The position numbers and the translations under genes are program-made. Shown here piece by piece: positions 1 through 10,380 of a stretch of 64,000 bases of DNA; the stretch's first letter is position 1, and each line of letters begins with the position of its first letter. The stretch lies in NCBI GenBank assembly GCA_965204345.1, contig OZ241981.1:320001-384000 (forward strand), written 5' to 3'. The notes under the pieces are model-generated. The model was given only the letters and a program-made list of their open reading frames with translations, was not told the DNA's origin and ran no database searches. The DNA comes from Nitrosopumilus sp. (GTDB lineage Archaea; Thermoproteota; Nitrososphaeria; Nitrososphaerales; Nitrosopumilaceae).

Positions 1-139
1 AAAACTGATGGGTGAGGAAATAATTAAAAAAGACGACATAGTTGTAGGCATTCTTACAGGAAGGCAAAAGGATGCCATGATACCTGTAGATTATCACAAG
101 AATCCTGAAAATAAATTTGCAAGGCCTCCAAAAAGTTAG
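1..139 (+). CDS. thrC: 3' end of threonine synthase (partial, runs off window)
   Basis: Frame 2 reads KLMGEEIIKKDDIVVGILTGRQKDAMIPVDYH...* ; the VVxILTG-x-x-KD motif is typical of the threonine synthase C-terminus. Confidence 0.65.
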   Translation, partial: KLMGEEIIKKDDIVVGILTGRQKDAMIPVDYHKNPENKFARPPKS

Positions 140-281
140 CCTTGTTTTTTAGCCCTAGAAAAACATCATATCTCAAGAGTTAAATTCATGCTTTACAAAA
201 CAAGTACAACCAAAAGATGGTGCAAAAAAGATAAATGAGTGATTGTTGCAATTGTTCTAAAAAATTTTCCAGGAGATTATT

Positions 282-1535
282 ATGGTAGACTTATGGGTAG
301 AAATTACGGCACTGGCTGTTCTTATAGGACTCTCAGGGTTCTTTAGCGGATTGGAGGTGGCACTGGTAGGAGTAAGAAAATCCAAAGTGGTTCAGCTGTT
401 CAATGAGGGAAGGAAGGGATCAAAGGCGCTTCATAAACTAAAAACAAACCCGAGCTGGATGATGTCAAGTGTAAATCTTGGCAATAACCTAGTAAACGTG
501 GGAGCATCTGCTTTGGCTACAAGTTTGGCAATCAGGCTGTTTGGAGACGAGGGTCTGGGAATTGCAGTGGGAGTAATGACGTTTTTAATTTTGGTATTTG
601 GAGAGATTACTCCAAAAACATACTGTAATGCAAACTCGACAAAAATTGCATTAAGATATGCGCCAGTATTGCTGGGATTCAGCTATGTGTTTTATCCGGT
701 TGTAAAGTTCTTTGAGATCATCACCAAGGGCGTTGTAAAAATGACCGGAAGCAGTCACACGCCGCCGCCAATTACAGAAGAGGAGATCAAGGGAGTCATT
801 GACCAGGGATTAGAGGAGAAGGCATTGGAAAAAGAGGAGATGGAACTAGTTCATGGCGCACTAAAATTTGACGATACCGTGATTCGTTCGGTAATGACGC
901 CAAGAACAAAGATGTTTTCATTAAATTCAAAGATGCTGTTATTTGAGGCATTGCCACAGATTAATCAGAGCGGGCATTCAAGGATTCCGATTTTTGGAGG
1001 CACGCGTGATGATATTGTCGGATTTATTCACGTTAGGGACGTGCTCAAGGAACTAGAAAAAGACAACAAGATGACTAGCCTTGAAAAGATTGCAAGAAAG
1101 CCGGTATTTGCATCCCAAGAAAAAATGGTCAGTGCGTTGCTAAAGGAGATGAAAGGAAGAAAAACACACATGGCAATGGTGGTAGACGAGCACGGAGGAG
1201 TAGAGGGCCTAGTCACGCTAGAGGACTTGCTCGAGGAGATTGTAGGTGAGATTGAGGATGAAACAGATTTGACAAGACAGGCAGAGTATGAAAAAATTGA
1301 TCAGGACTCTATCATTACAAACGGAGACATTGAAATTGACACCATAAACGGGATTTTTCAGACTAGGATTCCCGAAGGAGACGATTATGCGTCCCTGAGC
1401 GGGTTATTGCACGAAAAATTGCAAGACATACCACAAGAGGGGGACAAAATAGAGATTGAAGAGTTACGAATCATCGTAGAAAAGGTTTCCAAAAACATTC
1501 CTAAAAAAATCAGGATAGAACGAATTAGAAACTAG
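282..1535 (+). CDS. CNNM/DUF21-CBS-CorC (hemolysin family) membrane protein, putative Mg/Co transport
   Basis: N-terminal SGFFSGLEVAL, FGEITPK, CBS pair (VMTPR, HSRIP, VVDEHGG...TLEDLLEEIVGEIEDE), CorC C-terminus. Confidence 0.92.
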   Translation: MVDLWVEITALAVLIGLSGFFSGLEVALVGVRKSKVVQLFNEGRKGSKALHKLKTNPSWMMSSVNLGNNLVNVGASALATSLAIRLFGDEGLGIAVGVMTFLILVFGEITPKTYCNANSTKIALRYAPVLLGFSYVFYPVVKFFEIITKGVVKMTGSSHTPPPITEEEIKGVIDQGLEEKALEKEEMELVHGALKFDDTVIRSVMTPRTKMFSLNSKMLLFEALPQINQSGHSRIPIFGGTRDDIVGFIHVRDVLKELEKDNKMTSLEKIARKPVFASQEKMVSALLKEMKGRKTHMAMVVDEHGGVEGLVTLEDLLEEIVGEIEDETDLTRQAEYEKIDQDSIITNGDIEIDTINGIFQTRIPEGDDYASLSGLLHEKLQDIPQEGDKIEIEELRIIVEKVSKNIPKKIRIERIRN

Positions 1536-2584
1536 GTATTTTTTGCAAAGTGTTCTTGTAATTTTTGCTTCTTTTCTTTCATATGAAATATGGATTCGGT
1601 ATGGGAGAAGGCATCCTGATAAGATTTTTCAAAAAGCATTGCCTGCATCAGCATGTGATTTTCAGGAATTACGATTCCGGTCTGATCATCAGAGTACATC
1701 ATTTGAACCGTGTCCCCAATGGAGGCAGTCATGTTGGCATGGATGTGAATCATGTTTGTGTCTACAAAATTAAAGCCCATGCTTTTGGCATAGTCCCTAA
1801 CGTCTTTGGTTCCGCCTGCAGTCCACAATGTTGCAACGCCGAATTCGTTTGCAAACACGTCATGTAACTCAGATGGCTTTGGGGCAACGTCTCTAAACCT
1901 AATATCCATAATGTGCAGGTGCATCTGGCGGGTAGGAACCTTGATTGCACGCACATGCAGCGGCGCGTCTTTGCCAAAATAGAGTTTCACATCATCTCCA
2001 TGATGTGGTTTCTCAGTCATTTCAATGGTATCAGATACCTGTTTTTCTGCTTGCTCAATATCGGCCCAGCGTCGTACCAGTGTTACATCAAACCGGACTA
2101 GTCTGTCCCCAAATCGGTCTCGCAAGGGCTCTAGAATTTTTCCCATCCCCGTAACATTGCAGCTGCCCTGCATAACATGTTGTTTGCCTAATGCCTGATC
2201 ATAGTTTGCCCTAGAGTTAAACAGCAAGTCAGAGACAGATTCAGAACCGGTTGTTGATTCGCCTCCCTGATAGATGGCAGGTATATTTTTTGGCTCATAG
2301 AGCGTCTTTTTGTTTTTGTAGCCATGTCCGCCGGGCGCAGCATCAATAACCAGATCACAGTCATCTAACACAGATTCAATGGAACCTGAAATATTATAAC
2401 TTGAGAATGCGTCTAGCCTGCTTTTAGGAACATATACATCAAGACCCCTTGATATGGCATTCCCTACTTTGTCATCCGGGGAATGTTTGCCAATTCCAAT
2501 CACTGAAATTTCAGGATCGTCTTTTAGAAAGGAAGTAATTCTGCTGCCTATGGAGCCGTATCCATTGACAAAGATTTTTTTCAT
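1532..2584 (-). CDS. gap: Archaeal type II glyceraldehyde-3-phosphate dehydrogenase
   Basis: NGYGSIG Rossmann motif, catalytic SCN, HHGDDV; start placed at the ATG at 2584 (MKKIFV). Confidence 0.92.
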   Translation of the reverse strand: MKKIFVNGYGSIGSRITSFLKDDPEISVIGIGKHSPDDKVGNAISRGLDVYVPKSRLDAFSSYNISGSIESVLDDCDLVIDAAPGGHGYKNKKTLYEPKNIPAIYQGGESTTGSESVSDLLFNSRANYDQALGKQHVMQGSCNVTGMGKILEPLRDRFGDRLVRFDVTLVRRWADIEQAEKQVSDTIEMTEKPHHGDDVKLYFGKDAPLHVRAIKVPTRQMHLHIMDIRFRDVAPKPSELHDVFANEFGVATLWTAGGTKDVRDYAKSMGFNFVDTNMIHIHANMTASIGDTVQMMYSDDQTGIVIPENHMLMQAMLFEKSYQDAFSHTESIFHMKEKKQKLQEHFAKNT

Positions 2585-2658
2585 GAATAGCGTGTAATAG
2601 ACCCATTTATTTAGATTAGTCATGGATTGTTTAAATCCAATAATTTTAGATTTGAAAC

Positions 2659-2958
2659 ATGGGATTCTTTTCAAGTTTTAAAAGGGATTTGCAACTGGCA
2701 AAAAGAGAGAGGGCTGCCCAAATAAACGGCAAGCAGCTAAAGGGGCTGTTAAAAAAATTCAAGGAAGAACGAGATCAAATTGAAAGAGAGACTGGAGCAA
2801 GGCCACAAATTGATCAAAGTACGCAGATGTTTATGCAAAAAGTACTCAATGTGTGGATTAGCGAAGGCAGAATAATAGATGAAGAGAAATTCTGGCAGGA
2901 GGTTGATTACAATAGGCAGTTTACACATCCTGTGGAATATTATGAAGTCAAAAAATAG
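2659..2958 (+). CDS. Hypothetical protein (99 aa)
   Basis: Clean ORF divergent from gap with protein-like composition. Confidence 0.7.
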   Translation: MGFFSSFKRDLQLAKRERAAQINGKQLKGLLKKFKEERDQIERETGARPQIDQSTQMFMQKVLNVWISEGRIIDEEKFWQEVDYNRQFTHPVEYYEVKK

Positions 2959-3332
2959 TTTCAAACTACAAGGCACTGATTAAAAAACAAAAAAAAGTAG
3001 CCTAACGTATTGCACATAATCACAGATAACACAGATTCAGCAGGCATCTTTTGGATTTAAGCAAAGCATTTTTTTGGTCAAATTCCGGTTCCAGTAAATC
3101 TAGCAGACCAATCAATACGCCTATGTCAGTACTGCCACGGACATGTTTTGTTGCTGAAAACTCAAAAAGAGAGACACAGAGATGGCAATAATTACAGATG
3201 ATGAGGATTCAAAGGCATCAAAAATACCGCAGGTTGTTTGGCTTGGCTGCAATTCCTGGTGATTGAAGATCATCATCATCATCATCATCACAAGGTACAA
3301 AAGACTAAATGAGTTAAAAAATTAAAAACAGC

Positions 3333-4049
3333 ATGATACACGGACCGTCTCTTGCAATGGGTGCAGGAATTGCATCAGCTGCCTTTATTGTCTTTATCAT
3401 CGCATTTTTAGGATTGGAAAGCACAAGTGATGAACCAGAACTAGTCTTAGAACCGACTCCCAGAATTCAAGAAGCCAAACCAACAAGAGTCACAACTGAG
3501 ACATTTCTGGCAAACGGCTCGCCGATACTTGGAGAGACTGGTGCCAAAATCACACTGGTAGAATTTGGGGATTATCAGTGTCATTTTTGCAATGTGTTTT
3601 TCCATTCAACAGAAGACAAAATCTTCAAAGACTATGTTGAAACAGGAAAAGTGAGGATGATCTTCAAAGATTACAACATTATCGGTCCTGACTCTGTTAA
3701 TGCCTCTCACGGGGCACATTGTGCAGGGGACCAAGGACTGTTTTGGGAATATCACGACATACTGTATGTGAATTGGACTGGTGAAAATAACGGATGGGCA
3801 TCTTTAGAAAACTTGAGAGTATTTGCAGAGGAGATAGGATTGGACATGGCCACATGGACAGAATGTATGACAGATGGAAGGCATTCACAGAAAATTCTTG
3901 CCAGTAATGAGGATGCAAGATCATTGGAACTGACTGGAACGCCTGCATTTTTTGTAATTGGTCCTGATGGTAAGACCACAAGAGTCATTGGGGCACAGCC
4001 ATACGAGGCATTTGAAGATATTTTTGAAAAGGAGCTAAAAAAACAATAA
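3333..4049 (+). CDS. DsbA/thioredoxin-fold membrane-anchored oxidoreductase
   Basis: N-terminal TM helix, EFGDYQCHFC (CxxC), GTPAF cis-Pro, GAQPY. Confidence 0.9.
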   Translation: MIHGPSLAMGAGIASAAFIVFIIAFLGLESTSDEPELVLEPTPRIQEAKPTRVTTETFLANGSPILGETGAKITLVEFGDYQCHFCNVFFHSTEDKIFKDYVETGKVRMIFKDYNIIGPDSVNASHGAHCAGDQGLFWEYHDILYVNWTGENNGWASLENLRVFAEEIGLDMATWTECMTDGRHSQKILASNEDARSLELTGTPAFFVIGPDGKTTRVIGAQPYEAFEDIFEKELKKQ

Positions 4050-4158
4050 GACGCGATCGGCTTAGGAATAACTGCTGCAAGAAAACGGTTAAAACTTCCT
4101 TCCTAGTTACTTAGAATTTACCCAATATCCTTAAATGTATAAACCCGGAGGCAAGCTT

Positions 4159-5553
4159 ATGGCAGCAGGTATTGACGATATTGCAATATACATCCCCAGA
4201 CTGTACATTGATGCGGCCGATTTTGCAGATAACAGGGGACTAGACCCAGTCAAACTACAAAAAGGACTGGGAGTTTCCCAAATGGCAATAGTTGATGCCA
4301 ATCAAGACCCGGCATGTTTTGCAGCAAATGCATGCCTGAAAATCATGCAAAAAAACAAACTATCACCAGAAGATATCGGGAGATTGTACGTTTCAACAGA
4401 ATCAGCCTTTGATGAATCAAAAGCAATGAACTCCTACGTTATTGGAATGCTCGAACAGGTCTATGGCCAGGGTGCATTTGAGCACTGCGGGGGTGTTGAG
4501 ACAAAATTTGCCTGTGTAAGTGGCTCATATGCACTGTATGATAACACCAACTGGATTAGGGCAGGAGAGTCAGAGGGAAAATATGCACTTGTAGTCGTTT
4601 CAGACATTGCAAAATACGACATGGGTTCAAGCGGAGAGATGACCCAGGGTGCAGGAGCTGTGGTAATGCTCCTAAATGATGACCCAAGATTATTAGCATT
4701 TGATCCCAAAGTAACAGCCACGTCAATTAAGGACGAATATGATTTTTACAGGCCTTTTGGAAAAGAAACGCCCATAGTTCACGGCCAATACTCAAACTTG
4801 CTGTACATGATTCAGGTAAGAAAGGCATTGGAATCTTACAAGAAAAAAGTCCTCTCCTCAGGATTAATAAAACTGAAAGCAGATGAAACCATTTTGGATC
4901 ACATGGATTACATCAACATGCACTTGCCATACAGCAACATGGGAAAGAAGGCACTGGCATATCTAGTAAGACACGAATGGAGAGAACTTCCAAGATGGAA
5001 GAAGATACTGCAAGAGATCGGGACAGATGAGCCAGTACCAAAAGACCCGCGGGGAACAATAGAGTCAGTGCTAGGGGACGAAGAATTTATGGCAAAGGAT
5101 CACGAGTTTACAAAACTGTTTACTAGGACTCAGCAGTACCAGGAAGTGTATGAATCAAAACTTTCAAGCTCGCTTATTGCATCAAGCATGATTGGTAATC
5201 TGTATACAGCGTCACTATATCTGGGATTTAGAAGCAGTTTGGAATTTGAATATCAGAAGGGAATTGACTTGGAGGGGAAGAGGGTAGGATTTGGATCATA
5301 CGGTAGCGGAAGCAGTGCCATGGTGTTTAGCGGAGTCATCCAACCAGAATACAAAGAGATGGTAAAGAACATGAACTTGGAGGCAGAAATTGGCCAAAGA
5401 CGGCGATTGACATGGGAAGAGTACGAAGAATTGCACGAGAACAAGCTGACCCTCAAGGAATCAAAGGTTAATTCAAAGAAAGAGTTTGTTCTAGTAGACG
5501 TAAAGACAGACACAGAGTCAAGAGGCGAGAGACGCTACGTCTATAACGAATAA
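4159..5553 (+). CDS. Hydroxymethylglutaryl-CoA synthase
   Basis: GIDDIAIYIP, ETKFAC catalytic Cys, GAGAV, DFYRP, HLPY, GNLYTAS, SYGSG. Confidence 0.93.
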   Translation: MAAGIDDIAIYIPRLYIDAADFADNRGLDPVKLQKGLGVSQMAIVDANQDPACFAANACLKIMQKNKLSPEDIGRLYVSTESAFDESKAMNSYVIGMLEQVYGQGAFEHCGGVETKFACVSGSYALYDNTNWIRAGESEGKYALVVVSDIAKYDMGSSGEMTQGAGAVVMLLNDDPRLLAFDPKVTATSIKDEYDFYRPFGKETPIVHGQYSNLLYMIQVRKALESYKKKVLSSGLIKLKADETILDHMDYINMHLPYSNMGKKALAYLVRHEWRELPRWKKILQEIGTDEPVPKDPRGTIESVLGDEEFMAKDHEFTKLFTRTQQYQEVYESKLSSSLIASSMIGNLYTASLYLGFRSSLEFEYQKGIDLEGKRVGFGSYGSGSSAMVFSGVIQPEYKEMVKNMNLEAEIGQRRRLTWEEYEELHENKLTLKESKVNSKKEFVLVDVKTDTESRGERRYVYNE

Positions 5554-6101
5554 TGCAAGAAGAGTCAAATCCAATCAAGGATTATTTGTTTGAATATATC
5601 AAAAACTCAAAAACAATCCCAAAACTGGTTGCCGAGAAGAGATTTGATGCCATAATAGAGGATGTCACAAGGAACTGTTATGATCAGACAAGTTCCATGG
5701 GTCAAAAAGACGAGGCGGTGGGAATCTTGGCAACAGGATTGCTACACTACCTGCTGACAAGTGCGTTAATCAGCAGTCAGAGAAAGATCAAATACGGCAA
5801 TCAGGAGATAGACATTGTCATTCCGGACATTAAAACACTGCAAAAAGATCCAAAAAAATCATTAATAATATGCATTCCCAAATCCTCAGACAGGGTCATC
5901 ATTGAGAATAAGATTTCAGAGCTGGAAAAAATCCAGCCCCAAAAAGACAACATATGGGTGGTCCTATCAGAGAAACAAGACCTGGAGAGGAAGATGTTTG
6001 TATTAAAGAAACAAAACGGCACGTTCTCAAAGATAATTTTTGAGATTGCCAAGTTTAGCAACGTTGGCGGTACGAACAATCTTAAAATTTTACGCGTGTG
6101 A
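5553..6101 (+). CDS. Hypothetical protein, possibly PD-(D/E)xK-like fold
   Basis: 182 aa ORF overlapping the HMGS stop (TAATG); IDIVIPD motif. Confidence 0.65.
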   Translation: MQEESNPIKDYLFEYIKNSKTIPKLVAEKRFDAIIEDVTRNCYDQTSSMGQKDEAVGILATGLLHYLLTSALISSQRKIKYGNQEIDIVIPDIKTLQKDPKKSLIICIPKSSDRVIIENKISELEKIQPQKDNIWVVLSEKQDLERKMFVLKKQNGTFSKIIFEIAKFSNVGGTNNLKILRV

Positions 6102-6117
6102 GAATCTTATCAGATGC

Positions 6118-7392
6118 CTAATCCCGGACAACCCTGTCAAATACGCAGCAGGCTGTAAGGTCACCTGTAACATTTACCATGGTTCTGATCATATCCAAGA
6201 TTCGATCTACGGAGATTAACAGCAGGATTCCAACAGGGGGAATTCCGACTGTAATTAGTATCGTAGACAATACGACTACCCCAGCTCCGGGCACGGCAGG
6301 AGTTCCAATAGAGGCCAAAAGGGAGGTAACAATTATCACAAGTATGGAAAGCATGCTCAGTTCTATTGCAAAGAGCTGTGCCAAAAAAAAGACCGCAATA
6401 ACCTGATACAAGGCAGTGCCATCCATATTCACGGTGGTTCCAAGCGGAATTACAAATTTTGAAACGCGCGCATCAATTTTCAGATCCTCTTCTGCGGTCT
6501 TTAGTGTAACTGGCATTGTTGCCATCGAACTGGCCGTGGAGAAAGCCAAAGTTTGAGGATTGTGGAATTTTGAAAATGTAAAAGTGACGGATCTTTTTGC
6601 TACAAACTTTAAGATCAGCAGATAAACTAGCAGCATGACTCCAAGGCCAAGCATTACAGTACCCATGTATATCCCGAGTCCGCCCATTGTCTCTATGCCG
6701 ACTTTGGCAACTATGCCAGCTATCAAGCCAAAAACGGCAAAGGGTACAATCTTCATAGAGACAAGGAGGATGTATAATGTGACTTTTTGAATGGATTCTA
6801 GTAAATCCAGTAGCGGCTTGACTGATTCTTTTGGAAGAACGGCCATTGACAGTCCCACAATCACTGCCATAATCAGAATGCTAAACATCTGCCCTTCAAG
6901 ATAAGAGGAGATGGGGTTTCTTGGGATAATATTGGATATGGAGTTTGGAATGTCATCTAGTGAAAAACCGTCTGTGACTCTCAAGTCATCCTCAGAGAGA
7001 TCATGTGTCTGCTGCAATGCAGTAAGATCCAAAATACTTCCAGGAGCTATTACTGATGCAAGAGATACCGCTATGAGAATTGCAATGGTAGTGCTGATTA
7101 CAAAGTAAATGCCGATGCCAAATCCCAGGGTCTTTAGTTTTTCCTTTGCGCCCAGATTAGTAATAGCAACCACAATGGATGCAAAAATTAGCGGAACAAT
7201 AATCATCATAATTATGCTCAAAAATATGTTGGCAGGAATTTTAAGATACGAGGATAAAGAATCCAGTGCGTCATCATCTAGGCCAACCCCCATATCATCA
7301 CCACCTAGAATTAATCCCACACCCAGTCCAACAAGCAGTGATACTACAACCTGAAGCCACAAATTCTTGAAGAGGTAATCCTTGAACGCCAT
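6118..7392 (-). CDS. Dicarboxylate/amino acid:cation symporter (DAACS, GltP family)
   Basis: Multiple TM helices, AFSTASS HP1 motif, NMDGT, GVPGAG-like motif, DRILDMIRTMVNVTGD. Confidence 0.93.
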   Translation of the reverse strand: MAFKDYLFKNLWLQVVVSLLVGLGVGLILGGDDMGVGLDDDALDSLSSYLKIPANIFLSIIMMIIVPLIFASIVVAITNLGAKEKLKTLGFGIGIYFVISTTIAILIAVSLASVIAPGSILDLTALQQTHDLSEDDLRVTDGFSLDDIPNSISNIIPRNPISSYLEGQMFSILIMAVIVGLSMAVLPKESVKPLLDLLESIQKVTLYILLVSMKIVPFAVFGLIAGIVAKVGIETMGGLGIYMGTVMLGLGVMLLVYLLILKFVAKRSVTFTFSKFHNPQTLAFSTASSMATMPVTLKTAEEDLKIDARVSKFVIPLGTTVNMDGTALYQVIAVFFLAQLFAIELSMLSILVIIVTSLLASIGTPAVPGAGVVVLSTILITVGIPPVGILLLISVDRILDMIRTMVNVTGDLTACCVFDRVVRD

Positions 7393-7397
7393 TTTAT

Positions 7398-8111
7398 TTA
7401 CCTTAAAATTAGTTTCAAATCAAGGTTTTTCTTGAAAATTTTGTACATGGTTGAGTCACACATGTCTTTGATAAAAGGAATCGAGCCTAAAATAGGCACG
7501 CAGGTCAGATTCTTCAGATCACGAGAGAGTTCATCTGTTTTGTAGCCATCAGGGTCAAAATCATTAATTATAATTCCCTTAAGAGGAATTTTGTATTTTT
7601 GGCACATCCTCACAGTCATTACAGTATGATTTACTGTCCCGACCTTGGTTCTTGCAACTATTATGGCAGGAATTTTCATTTCCTTAATCAAGTCTGCCAC
7701 ATAATAGTCCTTGAGAATAGGAGTCAGGACTCCGCCCATGCCCTCAACAAGTAGCATAGAGTGCATCTTGGATAATTTTTCAAAAGAGGAAATTACTGGC
7801 TTTATCTTCGGTCTTCTCTTCAAGTTTTTCCATGCAGTGTATGGAGACGCAGAAATTGGGAAGAACTGGGGATTTAACAGGGTTTCAGGATCATTTACCT
7901 GTGCAGCAGCTGACAGAATTTTGACGTCTTTGGACTTGAATCCCTTTTTTTGGGCAGTTCCAGCAGCAGCAGCAAAGGGCTTCATAACACCAACATCAAT
8001 ACCCATCTTTCGAAAAGAGACTGCCAATCCTGCTGTAACATAGGTCTTTCCAACATCAGTGTCAGTTCCTGTGACAAATAATGACTTCAACAAGGAAACC
8101 TCCAAGGACAT
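7398..8111 (-). CDS. bioD: Dethiobiotin synthase
   Basis: TGTDTDVGKT P-loop, VEGMGG, GTVNHT. Confidence 0.95.
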   Translation of the reverse strand: MSLEVSLLKSLFVTGTDTDVGKTYVTAGLAVSFRKMGIDVGVMKPFAAAAGTAQKKGFKSKDVKILSAAAQVNDPETLLNPQFFPISASPYTAWKNLKRRPKIKPVISSFEKLSKMHSMLLVEGMGGVLTPILKDYYVADLIKEMKIPAIIVARTKVGTVNHTVMTVRMCQKYKIPLKGIIINDFDPDGYKTDELSRDLKNLTCVPILGSIPFIKDMCDSTMYKIFKKNLDLKLILR

Positions 8112-8165
8112 TACTGATTAATCTTATCGTTTAATTATTAAGAATGACAAAATTACAAATACTGC

Positions 8166-9491
8166 TTGAAAAATTCCAGCTTTGTATGGCATCCCAATAC
8201 ACAGATGAAGGAATGGGACTCTTTTGGCAAAATAAAAAGCGCCAAAGGGGTATGGCTGACAGATTCCAAAGGAGTCAAGATGATGGATGCTGTTGCATCC
8301 ATGTGGTGCAATGTATGGGGGCATTCAAATCCAGAACTGGTAAAAGCAATCACAAGCCAGGGCAAAAAACTGCAGCATTCCTCGATGTTTAATCTCACAA
8401 ATGAGCCTGCTGAAAACCTTGCAAAAAACCTGGTAAACATATCACCCGGGATGCACAGGGTGTTTTATTCAGATAACGGCTCATCTGCAATGGAGATTGC
8501 AATCAAAATTGCGCTACAATACTGGAAGAATGTTGGAGAGAGAAAGAAGACAGAGATTGCAACATTAGAAAACGGATATCATGGGGATACATTTGGCGCA
8601 ATGTCCGTAGGATATGTTCCAGAATTTTTTGGCAAGTTTAAAAAACAATTGTTTGCAACGCTGCAATTTCCGGTACCAAACAGATACAGAGTTCCAAGGG
8701 GATTTTCATTTTCAGATTATCAAAATCATTGTTTGGAAGAAATTGAAAAAACATTGTCAAAAAAAAATAATAACATGGCAGCATTTGTAATGGAAAGCGG
8801 CGCACAAGCAGCAGGAGGAGTAATAATTTATCCAAAGGGATTTCAGAAAAAGATCAGCAAGTTATGCAAAAAATATGATGTGTTGTTTGTACTAGATGAA
8901 ATTGCAACAGGTTTTGGAAGACTAGGATCCATGCTACAGTACGAAGAACAGAAAAGCATTCCAGACATTGTTGCATATGGAAAGATGCTGACAGGGGGAT
9001 ATCTGACAATGGCTGCAACCCTATCAAACAAAAAAGTCTATGATTCATTCTTGGGAGAATTTAATGATTGGAAGCACCTATTTCACGGACACACATACAC
9101 CGGAAATCCAATTGCAGCTGCTGTTGCAGAGAAAAATCTCAGGATGTATCAAAAGAACCAGCTAATTAAAAAAATTCAAAGGACATCCAAAGTTTTTGAA
9201 GAATTCTATCAGGAAATTTCAGATATTGACATAGTCGGAGACATCAGACACAAGGGCATGATGATGGGCATAGAACTAGTCACAGATAAGAAGAAGAAAA
9301 CCCCAATTCACCCTAAAAAATCAATCAACAAGATATTCTTTGAGGAGGGAAGAAAACAGGGAATCTATCTTAGAACACTAGGCAACATAGTCATGCTAGT
9401 TCCACCACTAGCAATCTCAGAAAACGAGCTAGACTTACTCTTGCAAAAAACAGTTAGGACTATAAAATCTGCAAGAGCAAGAGTTGTTTGA
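8166..9491 (+). CDS. bioA: Adenosylmethionine-8-amino-7-oxononanoate transaminase
   Basis: VWHPNTQ, YHGDTFGAMS, DEIATGFGR, GKMLTGG (PLP Lys), HGHTYTGNP. Confidence 0.95.
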   Translation: MKNSSFVWHPNTQMKEWDSFGKIKSAKGVWLTDSKGVKMMDAVASMWCNVWGHSNPELVKAITSQGKKLQHSSMFNLTNEPAENLAKNLVNISPGMHRVFYSDNGSSAMEIAIKIALQYWKNVGERKKTEIATLENGYHGDTFGAMSVGYVPEFFGKFKKQLFATLQFPVPNRYRVPRGFSFSDYQNHCLEEIEKTLSKKNNNMAAFVMESGAQAAGGVIIYPKGFQKKISKLCKKYDVLFVLDEIATGFGRLGSMLQYEEQKSIPDIVAYGKMLTGGYLTMAATLSNKKVYDSFLGEFNDWKHLFHGHTYTGNPIAAAVAEKNLRMYQKNQLIKKIQRTSKVFEEFYQEISDIDIVGDIRHKGMMMGIELVTDKKKKTPIHPKKSINKIFFEEGRKQGIYLRTLGNIVMLVPPLAISENELDLLLQKTVRTIKSARARVV

Positions 9492-9591
9492 CTGTTAACC
9501 CCCCCCCCTCCTCCACGCATCACAAGGTCACCATCAATAATGATAAATAACTACAGTTATGGCTGTCGCTGTTTGTGAATTTAAAAATAAC

Positions 9592-10328
9592 TATGCTGTT
9601 CAGTCTTAGAGGCTTTTTAACATGGGGTTAAATCAGGGATTTTTTGTGTAAATTTTTCATGATTATTCTCAAATTTACCATTTAAATCGAGTCACTTTTG
9701 TTTCTGAAGTAAAATCAGGGTAATTTCTGTATACATAACGCAGTGTACCATCAATTGTCCATTCATCCCAAATTTCTTTACTATCCTGTAATTTTTTTAA
9801 ATCAAGTTGTAAATCGGTAATTCTTTTTTTAATTTGAGATTAACCTTCATCCGTTATACGGTATAGAGATCCTTCACCTTTTCTTTTGATAACTTTAATC
9901 AGTTCCTCTTCTTGCAATATTTTCACAGTATCGGCAATTATTTTGCTATATGCATCATATCGATATAGAAAATATCCAAAGTCAATAGCTTGCTCAGAAA
10001 ATACTTCTTTTGATGTAAGAAATACTTGTTTTTGTAATACCGTAATACCCTTTATTGGAGCAATATGAAGAACCAACAAAACTATATCATTACCAAATAA
10101 CAGAATTTTACACCTTGCCCCGATTAATCATACAAGCATATTACTACACGGAAGACAAGGTGCATGCGTCATCATTTATAGTGGGCGTGATTATTATTTA
10201 TACCTCCTTCCAAGATTGAACAGTGTACTATTTTATTTGTCAAAATCATTATTTCATGCCTAAATTCCATCACTTCAATTCTCTTCTAGTTTAGTGGATT
10301 TGAAAGGCTCCTAAGGCTGAACAGTGCC
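9592..10328. mobile_element. Non-autonomous IS6-like element: end type A (+) facing end type B (-), carrying a pseudogene
   Basis: 9592 TATGCTGTTCAGTCTTAGAGGCTTTT and 10328 (reverse complement) GGCACTGTTCAGCCTTAGGAGCCTTT form terminal inverted repeats; an extra TIR copy lies at 10211-10228. Confidence 0.6.
9675..10100 (-). pseudogene. SocA/Panacea-like (DUF4065/YwgA-type) antitoxin-domain pseudogene
   Basis: PIKGITVLQKQVFL...YRYDAYS...YRITDEG*SQIKKR...LRYVYRNYPDFTS: in-frame TAA at 9840-9842, then the same frame continues to 9675. Confidence 0.6.
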
Positions 10329-10380
10329 AGATGGTCCTATCATCTTCTACAAATTGTAAGAGCCATGTCGGTTAAAAAAA

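Noticed and set aside
4159-5553. HMG-CoA synthase of bacterial/eukaryote-like length without adjacent thiolase or DUF35
   Set aside because: Appears to be the normal thaumarchaeal form, not specific to this genome.
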